The translations under genes and the position numbers were made by a program. From Bacteroidales bacterium (GTDB lineage Bacteria; Bacteroidota; Bacteroidia; Bacteroidales; WCHB1-69), in NCBI GenBank assembly GCA_017525245.1, contig JAFXTE010000035.1:2497-66496 (forward strand): 64,000 bases of DNA. Reading direction: 5' to 3'. The notes under the pieces were generated by a model, which saw only the letters and a program-made list of their open reading frames with translations, had not been told where the DNA came from and did not search any database. Positions 54,280-63,947 of this stretch are shown in pieces; within the stretch, counting starts at the first letter, position 1, and every line of letters starts with the position of its first letter.

Positions 54280-55158
54280 TTACGCCCCCAAAACCCTAAG
54301 ATTCTGCGGCGCAATGCGTACATCAAGCTTTGCGCCCATCATCACAGGCTCGCCGTCGATGTTCACCACTCCGGCGGCGGGGCGTGCCACCGTGATATGT
54401 GCCGCCTGCCTTTCAGTGAGGTAGCGGGATTTGTCAAGCCGTCCGTCCATCAGTTTTGTCACAACATCGGGAATGGTTACCAGGGGTGGGCGTTCGAGGA
54501 TGCATGTGTCGAGCAGACCGTCTTGCAGGGAGGCGTGCGGTGCGATGACAGCATTGTAGCCGAACTGGTTGGAGTTTGCGAAGGTGATGAGCATCGGGCT
54601 GCACGTCAGTGTTTCACGCTCGTCGAAGGTGATGCTGACTGTTTCCTGCTTGGGGTGGAAGTAGTTGCTGACGGCATAGTGGGCGTAGGTCAGAAATCCG
54701 CGCCGTGGATCTTGGGCAAAATCTTGGGCGGTTTGCGCGTCGAGTCCGATGCCGGCCACGCTCAGGAAGAGCCGCCCGTTGACGGAGCCGGTGTCGATAC
54801 GCTCGATGTGGCCTTGCGTCAGGAGATGCAGTGCCTTGTCGGTGCTTAGCGGGATGTGCAGACAGCGGGCCAGTCCGTTGCCTGAGCCGCAGGGAATCAC
54901 GGCCAAGGCAGTCTCGGTACCGACAAGTCCTCGCGCCACTTCGTTGAGGGTGCCGTCGCCGCCCACCGCCGCCACGATGTCGTAAACGCCTACAGCCTCT
55001 TCTGCCAATGCCGTAGCGTGGCCGGCTCGTTCCGTGAAGACTATCTCATACGTAATGCTCTCAAAGCCAAGCACATTCGCCACATGTTCCCGAAACCGCC
55101 TTTTGTCGCGATGCCCGGATATGGGGTTGACAATGAAGAGAATCCTTTTTTTAGGCAT
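54280..55158 (-). CDS. Diacylglycerol/lipid kinase (YegS/BmrU family)
   Basis: FIVNPISG...GGDGTLNEV...GSGNGLAR motifs. Confidence 0.85.
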   Translation of the reverse strand: MPKKRILFIVNPISGHRDKRRFREHVANVLGFESITYEIVFTERAGHATALAEEAVGVYDIVAAVGGDGTLNEVARGLVGTETALAVIPCGSGNGLARCLHIPLSTDKALHLLTQGHIERIDTGSVNGRLFLSVAGIGLDAQTAQDFAQDPRRGFLTYAHYAVSNYFHPKQETVSITFDERETLTCSPMLITFANSNQFGYNAVIAPHASLQDGLLDTCILERPPLVTIPDVVTKLMDGRLDKSRYLTERQAAHITVARPAAGVVNIDGEPVMMGAKLDVRIAPQNLRVLGA

Positions 55159-55234
55159 TATTTTCCGCTGATTGTTTTTAAGTGCGGCAAAGGTACATAA
55201 ATTTCAAATACTCACAGACAAATGATATTGACGC

Positions 55235-55264
55235 TGTAGAGACGTTTCATGAAACGTCTCTACA
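55235..55264. repeat. REP-like hairpin GTAGAGACG..CGTCTCTAC
   Basis: tgtagagacgtttcatgaaacgtctctaca. Confidence 0.75.
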
Positions 55265-55452
55265 ATCTCAGAGGAAAGGTTCAAAGGTTGTTTCTTTGTG
55301 TCAACGCTGACACCCAAAGACCAAATTTTTGCCAAATGTTTTGTTAAAATTAATGTATGTTTATCAATAATTTTACTGTAAAAATTTCAACATATTGATT
55401 TTCAGTATAGAAAAAATTTTATAAAAAACTTGACAAAGGTGATTTTTTGTTG

Positions 55453-55460
55453 TATCTTTG
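55453..55460 (+). promoter_or_regulatory. -7 promoter box TATCTTTG
   Basis: TAnnTTTG match 30 nt upstream of the ATG at 55491. Confidence 0.5.
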
Positions 55461-55490
55461 CGGCGTGTTTTATTTAAAAAATTAAAAACT

Positions 55491-56441
55491 ATGAATAACG
55501 AGATAGCGCAAATGGACTTGGACATGCCGCAATTGAGGCAGATGGTGTTGGAAAACACCGAAAGGATTAATAGAAATGAATTGATTATCAATAAAATGCG
55601 TATGGAATCCGCTGAACAGACCCGTAAAGTCAGCGAACAAGATGAATGGTTGGAAAATATCCGCAATGAAAACGACCGTAGCATGCGCCTTTCCAGAGAG
55701 AGGATGGATAGGCTTGAAAAATTTGCGGAAACCTCCAGACTCGAATATGAGCAACGCGTTCGAGAAATAAACGAAGAGAGAAAAGCGTCGGACAAACGGA
55801 TAGAAGAGAGCAGGCGGGAGTCAGACAAACGGATAGAGGAGTACAGGCGTGAGTCGGACAGGCGGATAGAGGAGAGTAGGAAAGAGACAGAAAGGGGGGT
55901 GGAAGAGATGCTGGCAAAGACCCATTCAGAAGTGAAAGAGATGCTGGCTGAGACTCATAGGGAGGTGAAAGAGATGTTTGCCGAAACCAACGCATCGATC
56001 AGACGTGTTTCGGTGGAGTTCCTCGGTGTCACGGGACACATTGTGGAAGGTCTGGTGAGTTCTTCCACCGAAAAAATCTTCAAGGATGCCGGTTTCGATT
56101 TGCATGACAGCGGCAAGAATCTGAGGAGAGAGCTTGCATCGGAGGACAAGCAGATGGAGGTGGATGCCATGCTTGGAAATGAGAAACTTGTCGTTCCAGT
56201 GGAAGTCAAAGCGAACTTCACTAAAAAGAAGGTGAAACGTTTCTTGCACAAAATGGAGATGTTCAGGAAGTTCTTCCCGGAATACGCTGACAAAGAAGTC
56301 ATTGCTGCCATCGCTGCCATCAACTATGAGGCGGGAGTGGCTGATTTCGCCCACGAAGAAGGTCTGCTCGTCATTCGTGTCAGCAGTGATGACATCTTCT
56401 CCCTTGACCCCGTTGATGAGAAAAAGCTACGGAAATTCTGA
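55491..56441 (+). CDS. Coiled-coil protein with C-terminal PD-(D/E)xK-like module (DUF3782-like architecture)
   Basis: Repeats SDKRIEESRRESDKRIEEYRRESDRRIEESRKE and EVKEMLAETHREVKEMFAE. C-terminal EVDAML...VVPVEVKAN D..ExK-like pattern. Confidence 0.55.
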   Translation: MNNEIAQMDLDMPQLRQMVLENTERINRNELIINKMRMESAEQTRKVSEQDEWLENIRNENDRSMRLSRERMDRLEKFAETSRLEYEQRVREINEERKASDKRIEESRRESDKRIEEYRRESDRRIEESRKETERGVEEMLAKTHSEVKEMLAETHREVKEMFAETNASIRRVSVEFLGVTGHIVEGLVSSSTEKIFKDAGFDLHDSGKNLRRELASEDKQMEVDAMLGNEKLVVPVEVKANFTKKKVKRFLHKMEMFRKFFPEYADKEVIAAIAAINYEAGVADFAHEEGLLVIRVSSDDIFSLDPVDEKKLRKF

Positions 56442-56509
56442 AAAGGTGATGCGACGACAATGTCGAAAAAAAGCATATTTTTGCCGCCCTTTGTCAGAAA
56501 GAATTTGTA

Positions 56510-58465
56510 ATGAAGAAGATCCTCCAAAACGATTTCACGGTGCTGCTTTTGAGACTGCTGCCGCTCTATGGCTGCGTTTTGGTCACGCAGGTCGCTTTTT
56601 ATCTGTACAACCGGATGCTGCTTGGAGCACTGACTTGGTCGGAAATCCCTATGCTACTTGCGGGATCGTTGAAGTTCGCTACTGCGTCTATCTTCTTTTT
56701 GAACGCCCCTTTCATTGTGCTGTCGATGCTGCCTTTCCGCTTCCGCCAGAAAAGCGGTTACCAGAAGGCACTGTTTTGGATTTATGGCATCATCAATTCC
56801 ATCGGTCTTGTGGTGCTAAACCTGTCAGACGTTGTCTATTTCCGTTATGCTTTCAAACGGATTACCTCCGAGGAGATGCACTTCTTCCGCGAAAATGACA
56901 ACACCTTTGACATCCTTTTCAAGGCGATGGGCGAGAATTGGTACCTCGTGTTGCTCGGTGCGGCGTTGATTTTTCTTCTGTTTTTCGTCTATAAGAAAAT
57001 CAAATACCACCCCACGCAGTTGACTAACAATTGGTTGTATTACGGTGTCGGAGTGCTTGGACTAGCCGTTGTGGTCCCGTTGTGGGTGCTCGGCATCCGA
57101 GGCTCTGCCGACAAGAAGGCCTTTCCCATGTCGGTCGGCAATGCGGTTTATTACACGCAGTCGCCGCAGAAAGGAGCCCTGATTTTGAGCAACCCGTTCT
57201 GTCTGTTCCGCACCATCGGGATGCGGCAGTTGGATGCGCCGGTCTATTTCAGCGAGGATGAGTTGGCGGAGCTGTATTCCCCGTATCATTATCCGAATCT
57301 TGTCCAACCTCCTGTGGCGAAGGGCAAGAATGTGGTGATCTTCGTGCTGGAGAGCTTCAGCAGGGAACATTCGCAGTATCTGGCCCCGCATCTGAATCCC
57401 AACGGCGGTTACACTCCCTTTCTGGATTCCCTGATGCGCGAGGGCTTGGTGTTCACGAATGCTTTCGCCAACGGCGTGAAGTCCATTGAGGCATTGCCGT
57501 CTATCTACTCGTCCATCCCCTCTTACCGTTCTCCCTTCGCATTAATGCCCCAGTCGCTGACTGACTTGGAGGCGTTGCCCCGCATCCTTTCGCGACAGGG
57601 CTACGGCACGCACTTTTTCTGCGGGGCTTCCCGCAACCAGATGGGCTTTGAGGCTTTCGGCTCTCTGTGTGGCATCGAGAATTTCCACAATCGGGAGGAT
57701 TTCGAGAAACAGTATCCCGAAAAAGGAAATGCCAATGTGTGGGGCATCTGGGATATGCCGTTTCTGCAATATGTGGCCGAGGAACTCAACCGGCAGCCGA
57801 CACCGTTCTTCACGTCCGTGTTCACCCTGAGTTCCCACCATCCCTACGACCTCCCTGAAGAGTATGCGGGCAAGATGCCGCAGGGTGGTTCGTTGGTGCA
57901 ACCATGTGTGGCATACACTGACCTTTCGCTGCGCAAATTCTTCGAAACCGCTTCCAAGATGCCGTGGTTTGAGAACACGCTGTTCGTCTTCGTGGCCGAC
58001 CATGTGTCACCGCAGATGGCGGCGGAAGAGACCCGCACGGCCAAAGGCAACACCGCCATCATATACTTTATGTACACCCCAGACCACTCTGTCAAAGGCC
58101 GCTATGAGCATGTGACCCAGCAGGTTGACATTATGCCCACTACGCTCGGGCTGATGGGATACGACAAGCCCTATTTCGCTTTTGGTCGCGATGTTTTCAA
58201 CGAACCCGAACGCAAGCCGCTTGTGGTCAATTGTGTACAGCAGACCTACCAGGCACTGACCGATTCTCTGAGCCTCTATTTCGACGGAGAACGCTGCCTG
58301 TTCGTCTATGCCGCTGATGACACGCTACAACAGCACAATATTCTGGATCCGAACAGCTCAGCGCAAAAGTCGCTGGAACGGGACTTGAAAGCCCGGCTTC
58401 AGTCGTATTACATGCATGTGGGATGCGGCGACTTGCTGCCCTTGAATTCGGTTAAAAAGAAATAG
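56510..58465 (+). CDS. LTA-synthase-family sulfatase/phosphoglycerol transferase
   Basis: N-terminal 5-TM region plus extracellular sulfatase domain (VVIFVLESFSRE...). Confidence 0.8.
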   Translation: MKKILQNDFTVLLLRLLPLYGCVLVTQVAFYLYNRMLLGALTWSEIPMLLAGSLKFATASIFFLNAPFIVLSMLPFRFRQKSGYQKALFWIYGIINSIGLVVLNLSDVVYFRYAFKRITSEEMHFFRENDNTFDILFKAMGENWYLVLLGAALIFLLFFVYKKIKYHPTQLTNNWLYYGVGVLGLAVVVPLWVLGIRGSADKKAFPMSVGNAVYYTQSPQKGALILSNPFCLFRTIGMRQLDAPVYFSEDELAELYSPYHYPNLVQPPVAKGKNVVIFVLESFSREHSQYLAPHLNPNGGYTPFLDSLMREGLVFTNAFANGVKSIEALPSIYSSIPSYRSPFALMPQSLTDLEALPRILSRQGYGTHFFCGASRNQMGFEAFGSLCGIENFHNREDFEKQYPEKGNANVWGIWDMPFLQYVAEELNRQPTPFFTSVFTLSSHHPYDLPEEYAGKMPQGGSLVQPCVAYTDLSLRKFFETASKMPWFENTLFVFVADHVSPQMAAEETRTAKGNTAIIYFMYTPDHSVKGRYEHVTQQVDIMPTTLGLMGYDKPYFAFGRDVFNEPERKPLVVNCVQQTYQALTDSLSLYFDGERCLFVYAADDTLQQHNILDPNSSAQKSLERDLKARLQSYYMHVGCGDLLPLNSVKKK

Positions 58466-58541
58466 GAACGGGGTGCCGATGACACCCCGTAATCAAATTC
58501 ACACGACATAGGCACGTTGCGACGAGTCTTAAAACGTTATG

Positions 58542-58724
58542 TTACTTGTCTGTTTCTTGCTCGTCGGAGGAGCGCTTCTTTTTCGGAAGCCTTCCGGCCT
58601 TTTTCAGAGCGTTTTGCAAAATCCATTCGATTTGGCCATTCGCACTGCGGAACTCGTCCGCAGCCCATCGTTCAATGGCCTCGAAGATTTCTGAATCGAC
58701 CCGTAAGGCGAAGTTTTTCTTCAT
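58542..58724 (-). CDS. Arc/ribbon-helix-helix-like small DNA-binding protein
   Basis: MKKNFALRVDSEIFEAIERWAADEFRSANGQIEWILQNAL; 60 aa. Confidence 0.6.
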   Translation of the reverse strand: MKKNFALRVDSEIFEAIERWAADEFRSANGQIEWILQNALKKAGRLPKKKRSSDEQETDK

Positions 58725-58751
58725 AAAACGATGATTTTTTCCTCACGTTCC

Positions 58752-58779
58752 GTAGAGACGTTTCAGGAAACGTCTCTAC
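58752..58779. repeat. REP-like hairpin GTAGAGACG..CGTCTCTAC
   Basis: gtagagacgtttcaggaaacgtctctac, between the SPFH and Arc-like genes. Confidence 0.75.
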
Positions 58780-58795
58780 AGGGCGTGAGCATCGG

Positions 58796-59767
58796 TTATT
58801 GATACAGTGTCCCCGTGTTGATGACCGGTGAAGCGGATTCGTCGGCGCAGAGCACCACCAAAAGGTTGGAGACCATGGCAGCCTTGCGCTCTTCGTCAAG
58901 ATCCACAATCTTGTCGGCGGAGAGTTTCTTGAGGGCCAAATCAACCATGCTTACGGCACCCTCCACGATTTTCTCACGGGCGGAGATGATGGCGTCGGCT
59001 TGCTGGCGGCGCAGCATCACGCTGGCGATTTCTGCAGCGTAGGCCAAGTAGTTGATGCGGGCCTCCACGACCTCTATGCCTGCGATTTCCAGATGCTTGC
59101 GCAATTCGGCTTCCAAACGCTCATTTACCTCCTCGCCGCCAGAACGCAGCGTGATTTCCGCGTCATCGCGTTCCATGTTGTCGTAGGCGTATAAGCCCGC
59201 GAGCTTGCGCAACGCGGCATCGCTCTGCACCCGCACGAACGAGTCAAAACTCTTGACGGACTTCATCGAGTTTTCGGTGATGGTGCTGCGCACGTCGGAA
59301 TCCACCTCAAAACAGGCTTTGTAGGTGTCGCTGATCTTCCACACCAAAACCAAACCGATCATGATGGGGTTGCCGTTTTTGTCGTTCACCTTGATAGGCT
59401 CAACGTCCATGTTTTTGGCGCGCAATGAGAGTTTTTCCTTGCTATAGAAAGGGTTGACCCAGAAAAAGCCATTCGCTTTCACGGTGCCAGAGTACTTCCC
59501 GAAGAAGGTCAGCACCCGCGACTCGTTGGGCTGCACAACCATGAAACCGCACAGGTGAAGCACCCAGACGATAAACAGCAGAAAACCGATGCAGATGGGA
59601 AGCAGAATCCATGGGGTCACCTCCCCATCCGCATTCAACATGAAGTCAAGTTTGGCCAATCTTACCACAATCCAAATGGAAAGAACGAACAGCGCAAGAT
59701 TGACGAGCAGATGCAGGAATCCGTTGTTTCCTGCGGATAATTGTTTGTTGAACTCTTTGTTATTCAT
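58796..59767 (-). CDS. SPFH/band-7 domain membrane protein
   Basis: Two N-terminal TM helices, then an SPFH-like core (PNESRVLTFFGKY..., coiled C-terminal part). Confidence 0.75.
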   Translation of the reverse strand: MNNKEFNKQLSAGNNGFLHLLVNLALFVLSIWIVVRLAKLDFMLNADGEVTPWILLPICIGFLLFIVWVLHLCGFMVVQPNESRVLTFFGKYSGTVKANGFFWVNPFYSKEKLSLRAKNMDVEPIKVNDKNGNPIMIGLVLVWKISDTYKACFEVDSDVRSTITENSMKSVKSFDSFVRVQSDAALRKLAGLYAYDNMERDDAEITLRSGGEEVNERLEAELRKHLEIAGIEVVEARINYLAYAAEIASVMLRRQQADAIISAREKIVEGAVSMVDLALKKLSADKIVDLDEERKAAMVSNLLVVLCADESASPVINTGTLYQ

Positions 59768-59884
59768 AACTTTAAGGTTTAAAATTGAAATTGAAATAAT
59801 ATCATTTTAATATCATCGCAAAAATACATTTTTTTTAATATGATCGGCATTCGTGAAAAAAAAATTATTTTTGCGAATTCTTAT

Positions 59885-59919
59885 TGATTTGTGAATTGTG
59901 AATTGTGATTTGTGACTTG
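59885..59919 (+). repeat. Heptanucleotide tract (TGTGAAT units)
   Basis: ttgatttgtgaattgtgaattgtgatttgtgacttg. Confidence 0.7.
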
Positions 59920-59944
59920 AAAAAAGGCGAAGCAGTCATTTGTT

Positions 59945-60019
59945 AAATCTAAGTTATAGCTATAGTTTAAATCATAGTCATAGTTTAAGTCTAAGTCTAA
60001 GTTATAGTTATAGTTAAAG
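59945..60019 (+). repeat. Heptanucleotide tract (TAAGTTA/TAGTTTA/TAAGTCT units)
   Basis: aaatctaagttatagctatagtttaaatcatagtcatagtttaagtctaagtctaagttatagttatagttaaag, directly upstream of the patatin gene. Confidence 0.75.
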
Positions 60020-60025
60020 AGTTTT

Positions 60026-62350
60026 ATGAAGAATAAAGGAACTATAAACCAATCGCGAAGATGGCAACGTGGGTTGACGTTGTTGCTGTTGTGTGTAGTG
60101 TTGACCTTTTCTTCGACTTCATTGTTCGCTCAAAACAAATACGAGCTGGTCAACATCAGCTATGATCCGACAAGTGATTCCGTTTTCTTTGCCGAGATGC
60201 AGAAGAAAATGGCGGAGATACGGAAATCGCGTCCTACAGTGGCATTGGTGTTGGCGGGTGGCGGTGCAAAGGGGGCCGCGCATATTGGTGTGCTGAAATA
60301 TCTCGAAGAAAAGGGGGTTCCGGTGGATTTTGTGGCAGGCACCAGTATGGGCGGACTCATGGGCGGTCTGTATGCCATGGGCTATTCCGCCACTGAAATT
60401 GACTCCATCGTGCGCTCCATTGACTGGAATGTGATGATGAGCGACAATATCCCCATGGATTTTTACACTTATACCAGAAAAATGTACAAAGGGACGTATG
60501 TGTTGGACATCCCTTTCACAAAGTTGGATTTTAAGAAAAGTCTCCCGTCTGGAATTCTATACGGATTGAATGTTTACAACATGTTGAGTGCCCTTTCGGT
60601 CGGGTATCAGCAGAAGATGAGTTTTTTGGATCTTCCCACGCCGTATTGTTGTGTGGCCACGGAGATCGTTTCGCAAAAGGAGAAGCACTGGACGGAGGGC
60701 TCGATGGTGGATGCCATGCGGTCCACCATGTCCATTCCGGGGTATTTCATGCCCGTGCGTGTGGATTCCATGATTCTCTCCGACGGTGGCACCAAAAACA
60801 ATTTTCCTACGGACGTTGCGGTGGCTGCCGGCGCGGACATCATCATCGGGGTGGAAATGACCATGCCGAGGGATTACCAGAAAGTGAACAATATGGCGGA
60901 TGTTCTGATGCAGACCGCCCAATATTCCGGTGGCCTGGAGGCGCACAATCGCAATGTCAAAAACACGACTGTCTATATCACGCCTGACATTTCGGGTTTC
61001 GGGATGCTGACTTTCGGGACCGAGGAGATTGCCACGCTGATAAGCCGTGGTTATCAGGAAGCCGCCAAACACGAACGCGAGTTGGACAGCATTGCGCGGA
61101 TTGTGGGTAGGGGAGGTCGTGTCCTGCATAATCAGAAAGCCGTCAACTCGGCAGGAACGAAACTCAAAATCACTGCAGTGGTGTATGAAGGGATGTCACA
61201 AAAGGAGCAGGAATACATCGACCGGAAAGTGCGTCTCAAGCTGAACGAATATTACGACAAACACGATTTCGAATTGTCGCAGGCCATCATTTACGGTACG
61301 ATGGCCTTCTCTCAGGTCTCCTACCGATTGGAGCCCGATGGCAACGACGGCTATCGGTTAGTGTTCAAGTGTGAGAAACGGCCTCAGAACTCCATCGGTG
61401 TCGGGTTGCGGATGGATTCTCAGGACTGGTTCGCCGCCATCATCAACGGTGGTTTTGGAAGGAACAAAATCTTCGGTTCCCTCTGTGATGTCACCCTCCG
61501 GCTCTCCATGTCTCCCTATCTGAAAGTGGATTGGTATTACCTTCCGAAAAAGGGACTTAAGTTCGGGATTTCTGCCAAGACACTCTATCGTACGGTAATC
61601 GGTACGGTGGATCATTCATACGATTTCCAGTATTGTGAACGCCTCTGGCAGAATGAGGCAAGGGTATATATTGCAAGCACGCGATGGAGCCAAGTGAATC
61701 TGCTCGCGGGGGTTCGGATTGAATACATGCCTTACTATATGCTCATAAGTCCTGACAACATTAGCAGTGGAACCACATGGAACTGGAGAAATTACCACCA
61801 TTATGTCTATATGCGGTTCACATACGATCACGAAAACACCCGCTATTTCCCGGATCGCGGTCTGCGCGTGACAGCCAGTTACGACTATGATTTCTTAAAC
61901 ACCCACTTTGCGGCGGCAGGTATCCACGGCGTGATTCCCGTGTGCAATTTTTTCTCCATTATCGCTTCCGCCAGCGGACGTTACATTTTTGGAGAATCCG
62001 ACCACAATTCCTACATGAACAACTATGTCGGCGGTATCATGCCGGGACGGTATTATGAGCAGCAGATACCGTTTATCGGCTATAACGCGGTCAGTGACCG
62101 TAAAGACCTGCTGACTGTGGCGGATCTTGAACTCCGTTTCAAATTTGCGAAGAAATGCTATTTGTCAGCCATCGGTGCCGCCATGCATGACGGGAATAGT
62201 CTGGAAGACATGAAAACGCAGCACGCTGTTTTCGCCGCCGGACTACAGTTCGGCTACAATTCAAAGTTCGGCCCCTTATTGGCCAACCTGCACTGGAACA
62301 GCATGTTCAACAAGGTGGGGTTCTATATAAGTGCGGGATATGACTTCTGA
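60026..62350 (+). CDS. Patatin-like phospholipase fused to an Omp85/surface-antigen beta-barrel
   Basis: GGGAKGAAHIG oxyanion motif, GTSMGG nucleophile elbow, SDGG catalytic Asp, and a C-terminal barrel ending SAGYDF. Confidence 0.85.
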   Translation: MKNKGTINQSRRWQRGLTLLLLCVVLTFSSTSLFAQNKYELVNISYDPTSDSVFFAEMQKKMAEIRKSRPTVALVLAGGGAKGAAHIGVLKYLEEKGVPVDFVAGTSMGGLMGGLYAMGYSATEIDSIVRSIDWNVMMSDNIPMDFYTYTRKMYKGTYVLDIPFTKLDFKKSLPSGILYGLNVYNMLSALSVGYQQKMSFLDLPTPYCCVATEIVSQKEKHWTEGSMVDAMRSTMSIPGYFMPVRVDSMILSDGGTKNNFPTDVAVAAGADIIIGVEMTMPRDYQKVNNMADVLMQTAQYSGGLEAHNRNVKNTTVYITPDISGFGMLTFGTEEIATLISRGYQEAAKHERELDSIARIVGRGGRVLHNQKAVNSAGTKLKITAVVYEGMSQKEQEYIDRKVRLKLNEYYDKHDFELSQAIIYGTMAFSQVSYRLEPDGNDGYRLVFKCEKRPQNSIGVGLRMDSQDWFAAIINGGFGRNKIFGSLCDVTLRLSMSPYLKVDWYYLPKKGLKFGISAKTLYRTVIGTVDHSYDFQYCERLWQNEARVYIASTRWSQVNLLAGVRIEYMPYYMLISPDNISSGTTWNWRNYHHYVYMRFTYDHENTRYFPDRGLRVTASYDYDFLNTHFAAAGIHGVIPVCNFFSIIASASGRYIFGESDHNSYMNNYVGGIMPGRYYEQQIPFIGYNAVSDRKDLLTVADLELRFKFAKKCYLSAIGAAMHDGNSLEDMKTQHAVFAAGLQFGYNSKFGPLLANLHWNSMFNKVGFYISAGYDF

Positions 62351-62351
62351 C

Positions 62352-62396
62352 GTTGACTTAGACATAAACTATGACTATTGACTATAACTTTGAACC
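62352..62396 (-). repeat. Heptanucleotide tract, inverted relative of 59945-60019
   Basis: Its reverse complement ggttcaaagttatagtcaatagtcatagtttatgtctaagtcaac shares atagtcatagttta and gtctaagtc with the upstream tract. Confidence 0.7.
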
Positions 62397-62660
62397 AGTT
62401 TTTTTTCTATTGCATACGGTATTAAAGAAATTGTATTTTTGCATCTTGTTGAAAGTAAGGTTAGCAATACAATGTATATGTTTAACTATTTGATACACAA
62501 TATATTGCCAACTATTCCGTATAGAGAACAGGGCTTAGCTTTCCATTGTGTTTGTTTCTTTTTGTTTACCTGTCTTTTTTGAGGCGGGGAATTCTGTTTT
62601 TGTCGTTAACCAATTATTGATTTGCTATTTGCAAGTTATTGCTATTCAGCTGTTCTTGAT

Positions 62661-63206
62661 ATGAGTTCCATGTTGTTAGGGGGAGATCCCTATGCTTCCC
62701 AAGCGGATTATCCTTTAGAGGCATACGGTTATCTTTATAATTACGCGGCATCCGTTATAGCGTGTCCTCCTGGTTGGCATTTATCATCCAAAGAAGAATG
62801 GGAGAGTCTTATTAATTATGCTGTCAATATAGATGAGAATGGTTGTGACGGTGCAAAGGCTTTAGCTTCAAAAGTAGGGTGGGATCAGAGCTCAGCTGAT
62901 TGTGCAGTGGGCAACAATCCAACCTCCAACAATGTTACCAAATTCTCTGCACTTCCTGCTGGAATAAATAGTATTAGTCAATCCGATTATAATGCGTCGT
63001 ACCCCCTTGTAGCCATTTTCCGCCCAGGTCGTTATGCTTCATTTCTTTATTATTCTTCTGAAAACATCGGTGGAAACGTTATCATCTCATACAATTCAAA
63101 TACTGAGCCTTTAGGCAGCACAGGTATATACATGTCATCGCCGGCGACAGTTATAGATCTCAACGCATCACATTATTCCGTCCGTTGTGTCCGCAATCAC
63201 TACTAA
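62661..63206 (+). CDS. FISUMP-domain protein fragment (no signal peptide or N-terminal region; possibly a truncated paralogue)
   Basis: YGYLYNYAASVIACPPGWHLSSKEEWESL FISUMP core. First ATG at 62661; the track start at 62622 is TTG. Confidence 0.5.
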   Translation: MSSMLLGGDPYASQADYPLEAYGYLYNYAASVIACPPGWHLSSKEEWESLINYAVNIDENGCDGAKALASKVGWDQSSADCAVGNNPTSNNVTKFSALPAGINSISQSDYNASYPLVAIFRPGRYASFLYYSSENIGGNVIISYNSNTEPLGSTGIYMSSPATVIDLNASHYSVRCVRNHY

Positions 63207-63284
63207 AACTTGATATTTTAGACGTAAAACATAACAGAAGGGGCGTGACCGTGGGGCTGCGCCCTTTTTAGTTCGAAAGAGGCC

Positions 63285-63319
63285 GGTGAGGCGATGAGAT
63301 AACGATGAGGCGATGAAAA
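63285..63319 (+). repeat. Heptanucleotide tract (GATGAGG/GATGAGA units)
   Basis: ggtgaggcgatgagataacgatgaggcgatgaaaa. Confidence 0.6.
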
Positions 63320-63536
63320 TTTATGGCAAATACGTGGCTGATTCATAGGGATTCGTGTGCAATAAATGAATGTGGATATGGCGAAAATGCCATTTATGTA
63401 TCGTTTCGCGCCAAAAACAATCAGTTAATTTCAAAATAAATATCATTCAAAAAAAAGTTAATGAAAACAATGAAACATATCAAAAAAAGTGTATTTTTGC
63501 CGCGTTATATTTTATCGTCTGTCAAAACCGAAGAAA

Positions 63537-63947
63537 ATGAAAGAAACTAAAAACACCTATTCAATCGAAGAAGCCCGCAGATATGTGGCCAACGCCGAGG
63601 ATGTCATCAAGAAGGCCGGCTATGACCCCGAAATACAGTCTTATACGGACAGCAAATATGTCCGCACTGCCGGGGACATCCTATGGAAAGGTTGTCTGAT
63701 TGCTTTAGATACTGTATTTCAGGTGCGTAAGGGCAAAGGACGCCCATCTGTTGACAAATATCGTGATGCTGTTGCGAAAAGAGACAGGAAGTTGCTGAGT
63801 TTCGTGAATAACGGATACGATGTCACACATCTGCACATGGGCTATGATGGCACAACGGACAAGAAGATCTGTGACAGGGGCTTCGAGATCACCAACGTCA
63901 TCATAAACCACTGCGCCATGCTGCTGCCGAAGCCGGTGTGCGCGTGA
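63537..63947 (+). CDS. Hypothetical protein (DUF5618-like, from memory of the family N-terminus)
   Basis: Start trimmed to MKETKNTYSIEEARRYVANAEDVIKKAGYDPE...YVRTAGDILWKGCLIALD; 136 aa. Confidence 0.55.
   Translation: MKETKNTYSIEEARRYVANAEDVIKKAGYDPEIQSYTDSKYVRTAGDILWKGCLIALDTVFQVRKGKGRPSVDKYRDAVAKRDRKLLSFVNNGYDVTHLHMGYDGTTDKKICDRGFEITNVIINHCAMLLPKPVCA

Noticed and set aside
62455-62570. Possible third copy of the E1/E2 element upstream of the FISUMP fragment (shares GGGCTTAGCT and a TTGTGTTTG tail)
   Set aside because: I could not reproduce the stem architecture or the loop motifs. The similarity is limited to short strings.
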